64,000 bases of DNA, taken from positions 17,364 through 81,363 of the IMG/VR virus record IMGVR_UViG_3300035670_000127, one strand, 5' to 3'. Of this stretch, positions 55,587 through 64,000 are shown piece after piece. Source of the DNA: a virus. A model generated the notes under the pieces. The model did no database searches and was not told where the DNA came from. It saw only the letters and a program-made list of their open reading frames with translations. The first letter of the stretch is position 1. Each line of letters starts with the position of its first letter. The translations under genes and the position numbers were made by a program.

Positions 55587-55602
55587 TGGCATAAGGATTG
55601 AA
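55587..55602 (+). promoter_or_regulatory. sigma54 (-24/-12)-like promoter
   Basis: TGGCATAAGGATTGAA upstream of recombination/replication operon. Confidence 0.6.
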
Positions 55603-55643
55603 ATACATTAGACATTATCGTCAACAAAACAAAACAAAAGCGT

Positions 55644-55859
55644 ATGACAAAAGCAATAATGCAACGTTACGCGCCGCCCCAAAGCGAAGACACCCTCTTA
55701 GTTGTAGTTCCAGTGGGTGCGGTAGGGGAGGCGATAATAATTGGGGTACTGAATAGCAACGGTTTTAATTCAGTGCCTAAACAAAAACGATTCCGTATAA
55801 ACGGCTTGTTGCCAAACGGGATATTTAATTTAGAGGATTATTTACCATGTTCGATTTGA
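55644..55859 (+). CDS. hypothetical protein
   Basis: First ORF of rightward operon. Confidence 0.5.
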   Translation: MTKAIMQRYAPPQSEDTLLVVVPVGAVGEAIIIGVLNSNGFNSVPKQKRFRINGLLPNGIFNLEDYLPCSI

Positions 55860-56176
55860 ATCAGAAAGTTGCCTCCGCTGGGGAGTTGTACGACCTCCTT
55901 AGTGACACGGCTAGGGTGTTAAATAATGGGATGCCACCTGACCCGACGCCAGAAATATTACAAATGGAGAGTGACCTAAGACTGCGTATCGCGGGAGGTA
56001 TTATCAATATACTACGGGATGCCAACCTACCTGTTACTACCTTGGTTACAGAAACAGTCGGTGATGAGCCTGTTACCTATCCTGCGACCATCATTGGCTT
56101 GTTGTATAGGGGTCAGTATGATGACTTTATCACCGCGGTTCAAAAAATTAAGGCGGGGGAGGCGGGTCAAGTATGA
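55847..56176 (+). CDS. hypothetical protein
   Basis: GAGGA RBS; coupled to next gene. Confidence 0.7.
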   Translation: MFDLNQKVASAGELYDLLSDTARVLNNGMPPDPTPEILQMESDLRLRIAGGIINILRDANLPVTTLVTETVGDEPVTYPATIIGLLYRGQYDDFITAVQKIKAGEAGQV

Positions 56177-56967
56177 TTTACCATCCCACTGAAAAACAAA
56201 AGCCGCTTCATTTTAGCGGCTTGTCTATCCTCCTAAATAAGAGTCCAGCGCATTATGCCGCGGCCAAATTCTTTAGAGAGGATAGGGATAGCCAATCCTT
56301 TAAAATCGGACGGGCTTTTCACTACCTGTTACTGGAATGCACCCCAGAGGAGCGTCGGGCTTACTTTGATAAGTTTTGGGTTATGCCAGAGGGTCTCACT
56401 TTACGGCATAAAAAAGGCAAGGAATTTGCCGCAACCCACGACCCACTACTTAGATTAACCCCGTCGGTTAGAAAACAGCACCGTGTCTATACTGACATGA
56501 TAGCCGCTTGTGAAGCCTCGCCGCTGGTAGCGAAGTTTCTAACCACTCCAAAGGAGTTAAGGGAGGTGAAGTTAGAGTGGTATGACCCATTCTTGGGGCT
56601 TGATTGTGCAGGCCGTGCCGACCTCATTTTATTAGAGGAGAATCAACGCTATCGGATAGTGGACTTCAAAACCACCGAGGATTGCAGTATCCAAAAATTT
56701 GGCCGCAGTGTGGAAAAATATATGTATCACATGCAAGCGGCCATGTATAGGGAGGGGTTGCAATTTGAGTACGGGTTAGACTACCTACCCAGCTACTCGA
56801 TTGTGGCAATTGAAAAAGTCCCACCTTTTGCTTTACAGGTGTACTCACTCAGTGAATCAATTCTTGAGGTTGGGAGTCAGTTGTATAAACGTGCAGCTGA
56901 GATTTATAGCGGCTGTTTAAAGTCTGGGCAATGGCCTTCTTATAGCACTGAATCTATCGTGTTATGA
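56173..56967 (+). CDS. RecE/ExoVIII-like PD-(D/E)XK exonuclease (DUF3799)
   Basis: SPAHY, GRAFH, GRADL, VDFKTT, YHMQAAMY, EK.PP, WPSY. Confidence 0.9.
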   Translation: MIYHPTEKQKPLHFSGLSILLNKSPAHYAAAKFFREDRDSQSFKIGRAFHYLLLECTPEERRAYFDKFWVMPEGLTLRHKKGKEFAATHDPLLRLTPSVRKQHRVYTDMIAACEASPLVAKFLTTPKELREVKLEWYDPFLGLDCAGRADLILLEENQRYRIVDFKTTEDCSIQKFGRSVEKYMYHMQAAMYREGLQFEYGLDYLPSYSIVAIEKVPPFALQVYSLSESILEVGSQLYKRAAEIYSGCLKSGQWPSYSTESIVL

Positions 56968-56985
56968 TAGCCTAAAGAGGAACGA

Positions 56986-57819
56986 ATGATGACGTTAGAA
57001 CAAAACCCTTATCAAGCAGGATACTCGATTATCCCTGACACAGAAAGTAGGCAACCACAAGGGACGGATTTCTTAGATGACTGGCAGTTAAAGGCATTAG
57101 GTAGCCCGACCCCTAAACCACTGATACGAGCCCGTAAAGGACAGGGCGGGAAGGTGTTTTATTATGTTCCTACCAGTTTCGTGATAGGCATATTAAACCG
57201 CCACTTTAGAGGGAACTGGTCAACGCAATTGGATGTTATCCATATACCCAGTCCAATTAAGAAAGGAGTGGATGACAATGTAGTGGTTAAGATTAGGTTG
57301 ACGGCTGTAGCCAATGGTATTTCCGTCACAAAGGAGCAGTTTGGTGAACAGGTCATCCCAATTAGTGATAGCGGCTCATTAGGTATGAGCTTAGGGGATG
57401 CACTCAAGGCGGCGGGCAGTGACGCTTTGAGAAAGGCGGCCTCTTTATTCGGAGTCGCAATTGACTTGTACAACCCCGTAAAAACTGATGGCCCACAAGT
57501 AGTCAATGTGGAATCAAAGTATGAGGCATTTCCACAAGGGATTTATGAGTCTCCTGAACTCCCAAGAGAGAGCATAGAATTTACCCAGCGACGGGCGGCG
57601 TTGCAACTGATGGTGAATCAGTTACCTGACATACCTAGAAAACGGTTTGAACGTATGCTAGTGAATATCACAGAAAAGCTGGCGACCACTGGTGCAAAAA
57701 CCTTTACCCTTGATAACGTGCCGCAAGAAGTGCTTGCTAACTTAGAAAACTGGGTAACGAAGGCAATTGAACCGACACAGATAGCCACCGAAGCAGAAAT
57801 GAATGTCGGTGCTCCGTAA
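56986..57819 (+). CDS. Rad52/22-family (Sak-like) ssDNA annealing protein
   Basis: RKGQGG..YYV, LN..F..NW, KAAGSDALRKAA..FGVAIDLY. Confidence 0.9.
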   Translation: MMTLEQNPYQAGYSIIPDTESRQPQGTDFLDDWQLKALGSPTPKPLIRARKGQGGKVFYYVPTSFVIGILNRHFRGNWSTQLDVIHIPSPIKKGVDDNVVVKIRLTAVANGISVTKEQFGEQVIPISDSGSLGMSLGDALKAAGSDALRKAASLFGVAIDLYNPVKTDGPQVVNVESKYEAFPQGIYESPELPRESIEFTQRRAALQLMVNQLPDIPRKRFERMLVNITEKLATTGAKTFTLDNVPQEVLANLENWVTKAIEPTQIATEAEMNVGAP

Positions 57820-57874
57820 TTAACCACCGCCTCCTGACTAAGTCGGGAGGCTATCACAAACAAATGAGGTCTTT

Positions 57875-58129
57875 ATGACATTTAACGAGTATGTAGTAAA
57901 GTATTGTACTAATAGAGGCATGTGGCCTGACCAAGCTGAAAAGGTACTGGAGAACATGCGGCAGACGCAGGCAACGATTGGTTTTGACGACTTGCGTTGG
58001 CAAGACCATATTGAAGGTTATCCACCTATGCTTATGATAGGCTTTGGTTTGAACATCAAAACAGCGGCATTAAAGTTTATTGACGAAACAATACCGCAAG
58101 CTTTTTTCAGACCTCTTTTCGCTGATTAA
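57875..58129 (+). CDS. hypothetical protein
   Basis: GAGG RBS. Confidence 0.7.
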   Translation: MTFNEYVVKYCTNRGMWPDQAEKVLENMRQTQATIGFDDLRWQDHIEGYPPMLMIGFGLNIKTAALKFIDETIPQAFFRPLFAD

Positions 58130-58293
58130 GATGCAACCTACAATACCCTGAGACGACGGCATACCATTCTAAACTATACTACTCAGCCGCTTGATTCAAT
58201 AAGGGGGCGGCTTCCTATAAGTGCCCTTACTTAAAAAATTAACCGCCTCCCCTGCGTTATGCAGTGGGGGCATCCATAAGAGACTAATAAAGT

Positions 58294-58608
58294 ATGAAAC
58301 ATGCGTTACTAATTGGGTGTGACGGGAAGTATCTAAAAAGCATCAAAACAGTCCTGGCAAGCTATGAAATATCAGTCATTCGTCATGTCGAAGGCAGGCA
58401 TAGACATGAACAATCACGAGTGACTGTCAACATCCCACAAAAGACCGACTTAATGATTATATTCACTGATTACTTGGGTCATAATATAATGAATTTGTAC
58501 CGTGACGCGGTAAAAGGTACGGGAGTAAAGACTATCCTCTGTAAGAGGTCTGCACCGTTATTAAATCAGCATTTGGAGAAACTATATGCTACAGAAACGA
58601 CGGTTTGA
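58294..58608 (+). CDS. DUF2325 family protein
   Basis: LLIG.D, IP..TDL.IIFTDYLGHN, CKRS. Confidence 0.85.
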   Translation: MKHALLIGCDGKYLKSIKTVLASYEISVIRHVEGRHRHEQSRVTVNIPQKTDLMIIFTDYLGHNIMNLYRDAVKGTGVKTILCKRSAPLLNQHLEKLYATETTV

Positions 58609-59590
58609 TGTGGGTTTCGTAAGGGGGTTGACTCATTCAATTGATTTACCGTCCTTAATGAGTCGGTATAATATTGAATTAGTTAGAAAAGGAAAGGTAT
58701 TCAAAGCCCGTTGCCCATTCCATGATGACAGCACACCCTCCTTTGTGATAGGGGAAGGTTCATCACATTATCATTGCTTTGGATGCGGTGCAAAAGGCAA
58801 TGCCCTGTCATTTCTGATAACCTATGCTAACCTTGATTACGTCAAGGCGGTTCAAGAGTTGTCAGGATTCGTGGGCAGGGAACTGGTTTATGAAGGAGGG
58901 AATGGGTTGGGTAATGCGGTGACTCACTCAAGCAACACCGTCTTTACCAAACCCCCTCGCCCCAAAACAGTCAAGCTACTCGAACCGTATGCACCCGTGT
59001 TGCCAAAGGAGTCGCATCGCTTTATCCCTAAGTCTCACTTTGAACTGGGAGAGCCGATTAATGTGTGGTGGTATACTGATTCATACCTAGTGTATTTATT
59101 CCCTTATCAGTATGATGCGCAAGGCAATAAGAAAAAGGAGTTTCGACCTGTGCATTGGCAACCTTTTAAACAGCGGTGGGTTTTTGGAGACCCTAGTGAC
59201 TGTCTATTGCCTCTCTACAAGATTAACGAACTGACAGAGGGGCAAAAGATAATTTTCTGCGAAGGTGAGAAGGCCGCGGATGCCGCCAGTTATTACTTTA
59301 AAACGGGCTTGTGTACAACCACCGCCCATGGTTCTAAATCACCCTCGCGCTCTGATTTTGAACCCGTAGTTGGCCATGAGGTGTTGATATTTCCTGACAA
59401 TGATTTACCGGGATGGTTGTATGCCTGTGAAGTGGCTAGTTTATGCAAGCGGGCAGGGGCTAGGGAGGTTAAGGTTGTTTATTGGGATTGTGGTCAGGTA
59501 CCAGCGAAGTGGGATTTAGCCGACCCACTAGAGGCTGGTTGGAGTAAGGGGAGGTTAGTTAACTCTGTTAAGGTATTTAATTATGAGTAA
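58586..59590 (+). CDS. primase: CHC2 zinc finger plus TOPRIM domain
   Basis: CPFHDDSTPSF..HCFGCG; PLY, CEGEKAADA, FPDND.PG, WDLAD. Confidence 0.9.
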   Translation: MLQKRRFDVGFVRGLTHSIDLPSLMSRYNIELVRKGKVFKARCPFHDDSTPSFVIGEGSSHYHCFGCGAKGNALSFLITYANLDYVKAVQELSGFVGRELVYEGGNGLGNAVTHSSNTVFTKPPRPKTVKLLEPYAPVLPKESHRFIPKSHFELGEPINVWWYTDSYLVYLFPYQYDAQGNKKKEFRPVHWQPFKQRWVFGDPSDCLLPLYKINELTEGQKIIFCEGEKAADAASYYFKTGLCTTTAHGSKSPSRSDFEPVVGHEVLIFPDNDLPGWLYACEVASLCKRAGAREVKVVYWDCGQVPAKWDLADPLEAGWSKGRLVNSVKVFNYE

Positions 59591-59945
59591 CTTTACGGTA
59601 GGCCAGAAACGGCTGTCGCTTAACAGCGATAAGCCGGATGATTTAGAAATAATCAAAGGGAGTGGAGGTCAACTGAACACGCCACACTTATTAACTGTAA
59701 CTAAAACAAGTAAGCAAATGGCAACACTTGTTGATAGACATGCTAATAAGTATTATTTTTCACTGAAGACAGGGAGAGAGAATGGTGGTGTGCGTTATAC
59801 CCGTCTAGCGACTAAGGAGGAATTGAAGGAATTGGAATCCATTCTCTCCTATAATGCAGAGGTGTCAAGGATACGTGAGTTGTTAGAAGACCCGCAATAT
59901 TGGCCTCTGCTTATAAGGATGTTTAACCTTTCTAGCGCGGGTTGA
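59583..59945 (+). CDS. hypothetical beta-barrel phage protein
   Basis: VGQK..TVTK..FSLKTGRE; distantly like 19230/19656. Confidence 0.65.
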   Translation: MSNFTVGQKRLSLNSDKPDDLEIIKGSGGQLNTPHLLTVTKTSKQMATLVDRHANKYYFSLKTGRENGGVRYTRLATKEELKELESILSYNAEVSRIRELLEDPQYWPLLIRMFNLSSAG

Positions 59946-60110
59946 CACAAACTGCGTTAATTTGCGTTAACCTAACGCAATTTTTGTTAAATTATGTCAA
60001 CCCGCGCTAAATTAACACACTTAAACACAGAATGCGTTAATCTGTGTTAATTTGACACAAACTGACAACAAGCTAACGCAGGTTGACACAAATTAGCACA
60101 AATTGCGTCA
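59940..60110. repeat. parC-like centromere 2: 10-bp-phased TTGACACA/TTAACGCA repeats
   Basis: Same decamer family as 23276-23436 (e.g. GGTTGACACAAA, TTAGCACAAATTG). Confidence 0.8.
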
Positions 60111-60123
60111 GAGAGGGTAAAGA

Positions 60124-60414
60124 GTGAGGCAGTACGCCAAGAAAATAGACACACTTCAAACTGAAGTGGTGAGTGCATTAAGAAAAATCGGTGCTAGTGT
60201 CACTATCCTAAGTGCCGTGGGCAGGGGGGTACCGGACTTGCTAGTTGGCTTTAGGGGAGTGAATTTTTTAATTGAGGTCAAGTCACACTCAAAAGCGAAG
60301 CTCACACCAGACCAAGTGGTATTTTTTGGGACGTGGTGTGGACAAGTGAGTGTGGTTTATTCGGTGGAGGAGGCTATCAGTTTAGTCACCTCTGGAAAAA
60401 AGGATATGCAATAA
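60124..60414 (+). CDS. VRR-NUC-like nuclease / Holliday junction resolvase
   Basis: G.GVPDLLVG, LIEVK, LTPDQ..F. Confidence 0.85.
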   Translation: MRQYAKKIDTLQTEVVSALRKIGASVTILSAVGRGVPDLLVGFRGVNFLIEVKSHSKAKLTPDQVVFFGTWCGQVSVVYSVEEAISLVTSGKKDMQ

Positions 60415-60427
60415 AGAGGTATTATCA

Positions 60428-60685
60428 ATGTTTAAGAAAGTGCCATATACAAAAGGGTCAAAGGCTGGCAAAGGAGGCGGGTCAAATTGGGCTACGTCTT
60501 ATTCTCTGCGAAAAGGTCAAGGTCAAAAAGAGAGTATTAACATGGCCGACCTACGCAAACAAAACCTCCACTCTCTTAACGCCTTACGCATCCTGAGTGG
60601 TGAAGAAGGGGTGGAATTAGATGATGCAATCACAATCCAACGAAACCGTGTCGCTACTCAAAAGCCGGCGACGCTATCACCCTAA
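60428..60685 (+). CDS. hypothetical protein
   Basis: AGAGG RBS. Confidence 0.55.
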   Translation: MFKKVPYTKGSKAGKGGGSNWATSYSLRKGQGQKESINMADLRKQNLHSLNALRILSGEEGVELDDAITIQRNRVATQKPATLSP

Positions 60686-60815
60686 GACAGGGGCACGGAT
60701 TTTAAAAGTAACCATTCGCCTCTATCCAGAGGAGCTGACTTTTTTGGAGACAGAGGCGAATCAACAAGGTATGAGTGTAGGTCAACTCATTAAACAAAAA
60801 CTTTTACAGAGGTAA
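60621..60815 (+). CDS. ribbon-helix-helix (CopG-like) protein
   Basis: VTIRLYPEEL..L..EA...GMSVGQLIK. Confidence 0.6.
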   Translation: MMQSQSNETVSLLKSRRRYHPKTGARILKVTIRLYPEELTFLETEANQQGMSVGQLIKQKLLQR

Positions 60816-60821
60816 AGAGGC

Positions 60822-61340
60822 ATGGCAAAAGGAGTCAACATAGTCACACTGATTGGGTATTTGGGTCACGACCCAGAATCTAAGGTATCGCAGTCGGGCG
60901 GGGTGGTTGTAAAGCTCAGTGTGGCAACCAATTATTCGGTTAAGGGGGCAGACGGGCAATGGACTGAAGAGACTGAATGGCACCGCGTAATCGTATTTGG
61001 GAGGTCCGCGGAGTTTTGTAGAGACCACCTAAGAAAGGGTAGTCAAGTTTATATCGATGGCCGTCTGCAAACCCGTAAGTATCAAGACCAACAGGGGCAG
61101 GAGAGAACGATAACTGAGATTGTGGCCAATGAGGTACTGGGTGTCGGTGGCAAAGGGGGAGGTCAAAACGAAGCCGTCCCTAATGGCAATGGAGGTGGTA
61201 ATCCGCAAGCTGACTCAAGGGCGCCGCGAGGTGGCAATGGTGGTCAACAATACAGACAACCAGCCCCTCCACCTCAGTTACCTGCACCTCAGTCGCCACC
61301 ACCCATAAATCCAAAAATGGATGACGATATACCCTTTTAG
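60822..61340 (+). CDS. ssb: single-stranded DNA-binding protein
   Basis: GVNIVTLIGYLGHDPE, TEWHRV, KGSQVYIDGRLQTR, DDDIPF. Confidence 0.97.
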   Translation: MAKGVNIVTLIGYLGHDPESKVSQSGGVVVKLSVATNYSVKGADGQWTEETEWHRVIVFGRSAEFCRDHLRKGSQVYIDGRLQTRKYQDQQGQERTITEIVANEVLGVGGKGGGQNEAVPNGNGGGNPQADSRAPRGGNGGQQYRQPAPPPQLPAPQSPPPINPKMDDDIPF

Positions 61341-61341
61341 A

Positions 61342-61674
61342 TTACATCTCGCGCCCGGTATTGGGTTCTACTCGACGGGCGAGGTCATCCCAAATTTCTG
61401 AAAAGGAATAGAGTTTTGTAGAGGTGGCTGGCAATCGGACCCCTACATGCTTTTCAGTCCAGTCCCCTATCGCTTTTTCAACTATTTCACGGGTGGATAT
61501 TTCTGTCATTCTGGCAGTGAATATCCACACCTTATGCCCCTCCTTTAACCACCCCTGCACCCGTTTAACCATCGCAGGGATAGGTTCACCAATTTTAGTA
61601 GGTGACTCCCATTCAGTGTAGTAAGCCAGAGTGGCATCTAAGTCAACCGCTATCGTTTTCGTTTTCATAGTCAT
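61342..61674 (-). CDS. HAD-superfamily hydrolase
   Basis: IAVDLDATLA, IGEPIP, IFTAR, WDD. Confidence 0.85.
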   Translation of the reverse strand: MTMKTKTIAVDLDATLAYYTEWESPTKIGEPIPAMVKRVQGWLKEGHKVWIFTARMTEISTREIVEKAIGDWTEKHVGVRLPATSTKLYSFSEIWDDLARRVEPNTGREM

Positions 61675-61678
61675 TCCT

Positions 61679-62047
61679 TTAGCTAATCACGGTGTAGGAG
61701 GCGACAGCGGTCATGGTTAAGTCATTACTACCCCTAACAGGATTAATAATGAGTTTATCCCCAGTTTCTAAAACTAGGTAGTTATTGGGTATTGAACCGT
61801 CCTTTGTAATCATTTCGTAATAGCCAGGAGCGGCTGGTATGTAGGTAAAGATAGTGTAGGCACTCCCACCGCTTTTTTGAATTTTGATATTAACTGGGGT
61901 GCTAGTATAATTACCGGTAGAATAATTGCAAACTATCGACTTAACCACCGTCTGCCCGGTGGCGGTGAATAAATCAGCGGTTGGACTGGGGGTGCCGCTA
62001 GTGGCTGTTACTGAAGCAACAGCTGATTTGAGAGTATAAGTTGCCAT
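61679..62047 (-). CDS. virion-associated beta-rich protein
   Basis: VKSIVCN, LVLETGDKL pattern; end of tail operon. Confidence 0.7.
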   Translation of the reverse strand: MATYTLKSAVASVTATSGTPSPTADLFTATGQTVVKSIVCNYSTGNYTSTPVNIKIQKSGGSAYTIFTYIPAAPGYYEMITKDGSIPNNYLVLETGDKLIINPVRGSNDLTMTAVASYTVIS

Positions 62048-62061
62048 AATTTAACCTCTTG

Positions 62062-62664
62062 TTAGAATAAGAAACAATCGCAAAGGATTGACCGGGTAAA
62101 GGACAGCTCTCTTTGCAAATCGAGTATTGTTTGCCCAGTGAAGCCCGTGTTGTCACTGTTAATGCGGACGACGCTATCGGACGCCCGATTTGCAGTGAGG
62201 TTTGCATAAACCTGTGCGTAAGTTAAGCCAGTGAACGCATCGCCTGCACCGTTAATTGTCACCACTGATAACGCGGGGCCAATCGCTGGGATATTGGGTC
62301 CCCCTTGAACCACGCTTTGCACATATTGTTGCATAACGGCGGTGGTGGAAAATAGCGAGAATGTACTTAGTAGGTTGGCTTGTGCGTAGTTAGTGTTAAC
62401 ATTGTCAATTTGGGTTTTGTAGGTTGCTATCGTATTGGTGTTGTTAGTGACCTGCGACTGTAAAGCCGAATCACCACTGCTAATTTGACTCTCTACATGT
62501 GACTCTAACCATGTCAAGGTGGTGGCTAAATTAGCTTGCCCATGCGTCGCGTTAGCGTTATCAATTTGGGTTGCGTACCCTTGGGTTGTATCAACAAAGG
62601 TATACCAATTTGAATACCACTGACTGCCAATCGTAGGGTTGCGGAAACTTGAAAAATCTGCCAT
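62062..62664 (-). CDS. putative tail fibre/tail-associated protein
   Basis: Coiled-coil N-rich protein in tail operon; ATG overlaps upstream TAA. Confidence 0.6.
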   Translation of the reverse strand: MADFSSFRNPTIGSQWYSNWYTFVDTTQGYATQIDNANATHGQANLATTLTWLESHVESQISSGDSALQSQVTNNTNTIATYKTQIDNVNTNYAQANLLSTFSLFSTTAVMQQYVQSVVQGGPNIPAIGPALSVVTINGAGDAFTGLTYAQVYANLTANRASDSVVRINSDNTGFTGQTILDLQRELSFTRSILCDCFLF

Positions 62665-63500
62665 TAGATTACCTCTCTTAAAGTGAAACTGCAACTGCGG
62701 AGACACACATCGTTTTTAGACAATTCACTCCATTCTGATAGTAAAGCAAACATCGTATGATGCCGGCGTAATGTTTGGGCGGCTGTGGGGTAAATGGATA
62801 CTAGCAAGGGGATTGATTTACCATTAATATACTTCAAATCCAATAGGTTTAACTCGTCACTCTCACTTAGATAATCAAACTTGACCCCCATGCTACGCCA
62901 TGAGGGCTTCTTTTCAGTGTATATCCCACCACTTTCTAATGCCGTTTGGCGACTCTCATCCTCTCGTTTGAGGGTATAACCAAAGGAGATATTGGATGCC
63001 TCCGGTTGCCAGTATGAACCGATGCGTAAAATGCCCGCTTGATAGTAACTACCTGTCGTCCCGGATAACGTGACTTTGAATGACTTCGCCGGGATACTTT
63101 CAAAAAAGTAGATAGAGTAGCGAGTCATAAACCCCTCACTACTAAACCCTCCAAAATAGAGACCAAAATGCTCTCCAAAATTGTAAGTTGGACTCGTTGC
63201 ATCCCACTGGTTGTCATACAATAACGTGGTTTGTGCGTCATCTGCATACAGTTGTAATCGCACTTGCGCCACGAAACTTAAATTGTGATTATACAGGCAC
63301 AGGTAGGAAACGGGTCTTAAATAGTCAAGATTGCCAGTCAAGGTTTGATTACTTGCGCTGGTTGACCGCCACACCAAAAAGGGTTGGTTATTAAGTAAAT
63401 TTGACGACGGCATCCCAGATTGCTGACTGGTTGCCGTAACTGAGGTTGCCCAGTTTTGCCAAGCGAGACGAATAAAATGACTGGTATCCATTAGAACCAC
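62664..63500 (-). CDS. minor tail protein
   Basis: NL....VWRST, LYNHNLS, IGSYWQP..N.SFG. Confidence 0.75.
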   Translation of the reverse strand: MVLMDTSHFIRLAWQNWATSVTATSQQSGMPSSNLLNNQPFLVWRSTSASNQTLTGNLDYLRPVSYLCLYNHNLSFVAQVRLQLYADDAQTTLLYDNQWDATSPTYNFGEHFGLYFGGFSSEGFMTRYSIYFFESIPAKSFKVTLSGTTGSYYQAGILRIGSYWQPEASNISFGYTLKREDESRQTALESGGIYTEKKPSWRSMGVKFDYLSESDELNLLDLKYINGKSIPLLVSIYPTAAQTLRRHHTMFALLSEWSELSKNDVCLRSCSFTLREVI

Positions 63501-63985
63501 CCCTCTATTTCAGTGAGACCATCTTTCATATTGGCCTTGAGTATTTGAATGTTTTTGCCAGTGAGACCGTACCTGTTAGCCACTATCTGAATCACGTCGC
63601 CGGGCAAACCTAAAAAAACAGGCGTGCTAAATGTGCATAGATAGCGCGGTTGTTTTAGGATAGTGAACCGTAAATTGGCCTCCGTCGTGGCATAACGCGG
63701 TGTGAGAATCTCAACCGGGCAAGTCACCACGGGTTGGTTATTATTGGCCGCACTGGATGCGTATACATCTGCCCGTAACTTCTTATTGACGTTATCAATC
63801 GATGTGATTGGCCAGGTCCCACGGTTTTTGGCAACACACCCCCTAAAAATCTTTAACCCGTCCCCTATTTGAACCCCACTTAGGTCGGGTGTCCCAGAAA
63901 AGGTAAAATCTACTGAGCTCCCTGACACGAAAGTAATAGCCGTGCAAGTGAGGTTCATTAGGTAGCTATCTATAATACTCTGCAT
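63491..63985 (-). CDS. minor tail protein
   Basis: Beta-rich; GDVI..NRYGL..EGW C-terminus typical of tail proteins. Confidence 0.65.
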   Translation of the reverse strand: MQSIIDSYLMNLTCTAITFVSGSSVDFTFSGTPDLSGVQIGDGLKIFRGCVAKNRGTWPITSIDNVNKKLRADVYASSAANNNQPVVTCPVEILTPRYATTEANLRFTILKQPRYLCTFSTPVFLGLPGDVIQIVANRYGLTGKNIQILKANMKDGLTEIEGWF

Positions 63986-64000
63986 TTGTTCCCCGTCAAC

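Noticed and set aside
1-64000. tRNA, rRNA, reverse transcriptase/DGR, integrase
   Set aside because: None recognised by eye; tRNAscan and HMM searches were not run

Overview
This window is most of a large tailed (siphovirus-like) bacteriophage genome of about 44% GC. It probably persists as a plasmid (phage-plasmid): no integrase or DDE transposase is visible, but there is a ParM/ParR pair with two centromere-like repeat arrays, a P4/D5-like SF3 helicase with an apparent antisense RNA over its leader, and three related iteron-like loci. DnaN and SSB look gammaproteobacterial. Structural genes lie in separate blocks: TP901 tape measure (<1-5323, running off the left edge); a Mu-like/lambda-like head-tail operon (31.5-44.3 kb) with a -1 frameshifted tail chaperone; terS/terL (51.7-55.2 kb); and distal tail genes (61.7-64 kb). 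This order suggests a circularly permuted genome somewhat longer than the window. Notable accessory content: (1) a phage-encoded sigma54 enhancer-binding protein, four intergenic TGGCAY-N6-TGAA promoter-like sites and a 31-bp duplicated upstream element; (2) a split FtsK next to ParMR, an LprI-like protein and a secreted lysozyme; (3) a cobalamin-centred nucleotide module (class II RNR, PduO, MtrA-thymidylate synthase fusion, B12-type radical SAM); (4) a type II hammerhead ribozyme; (5) a doubly frameshifted IscB. All calls come from manual motif recognition; no searches were run.
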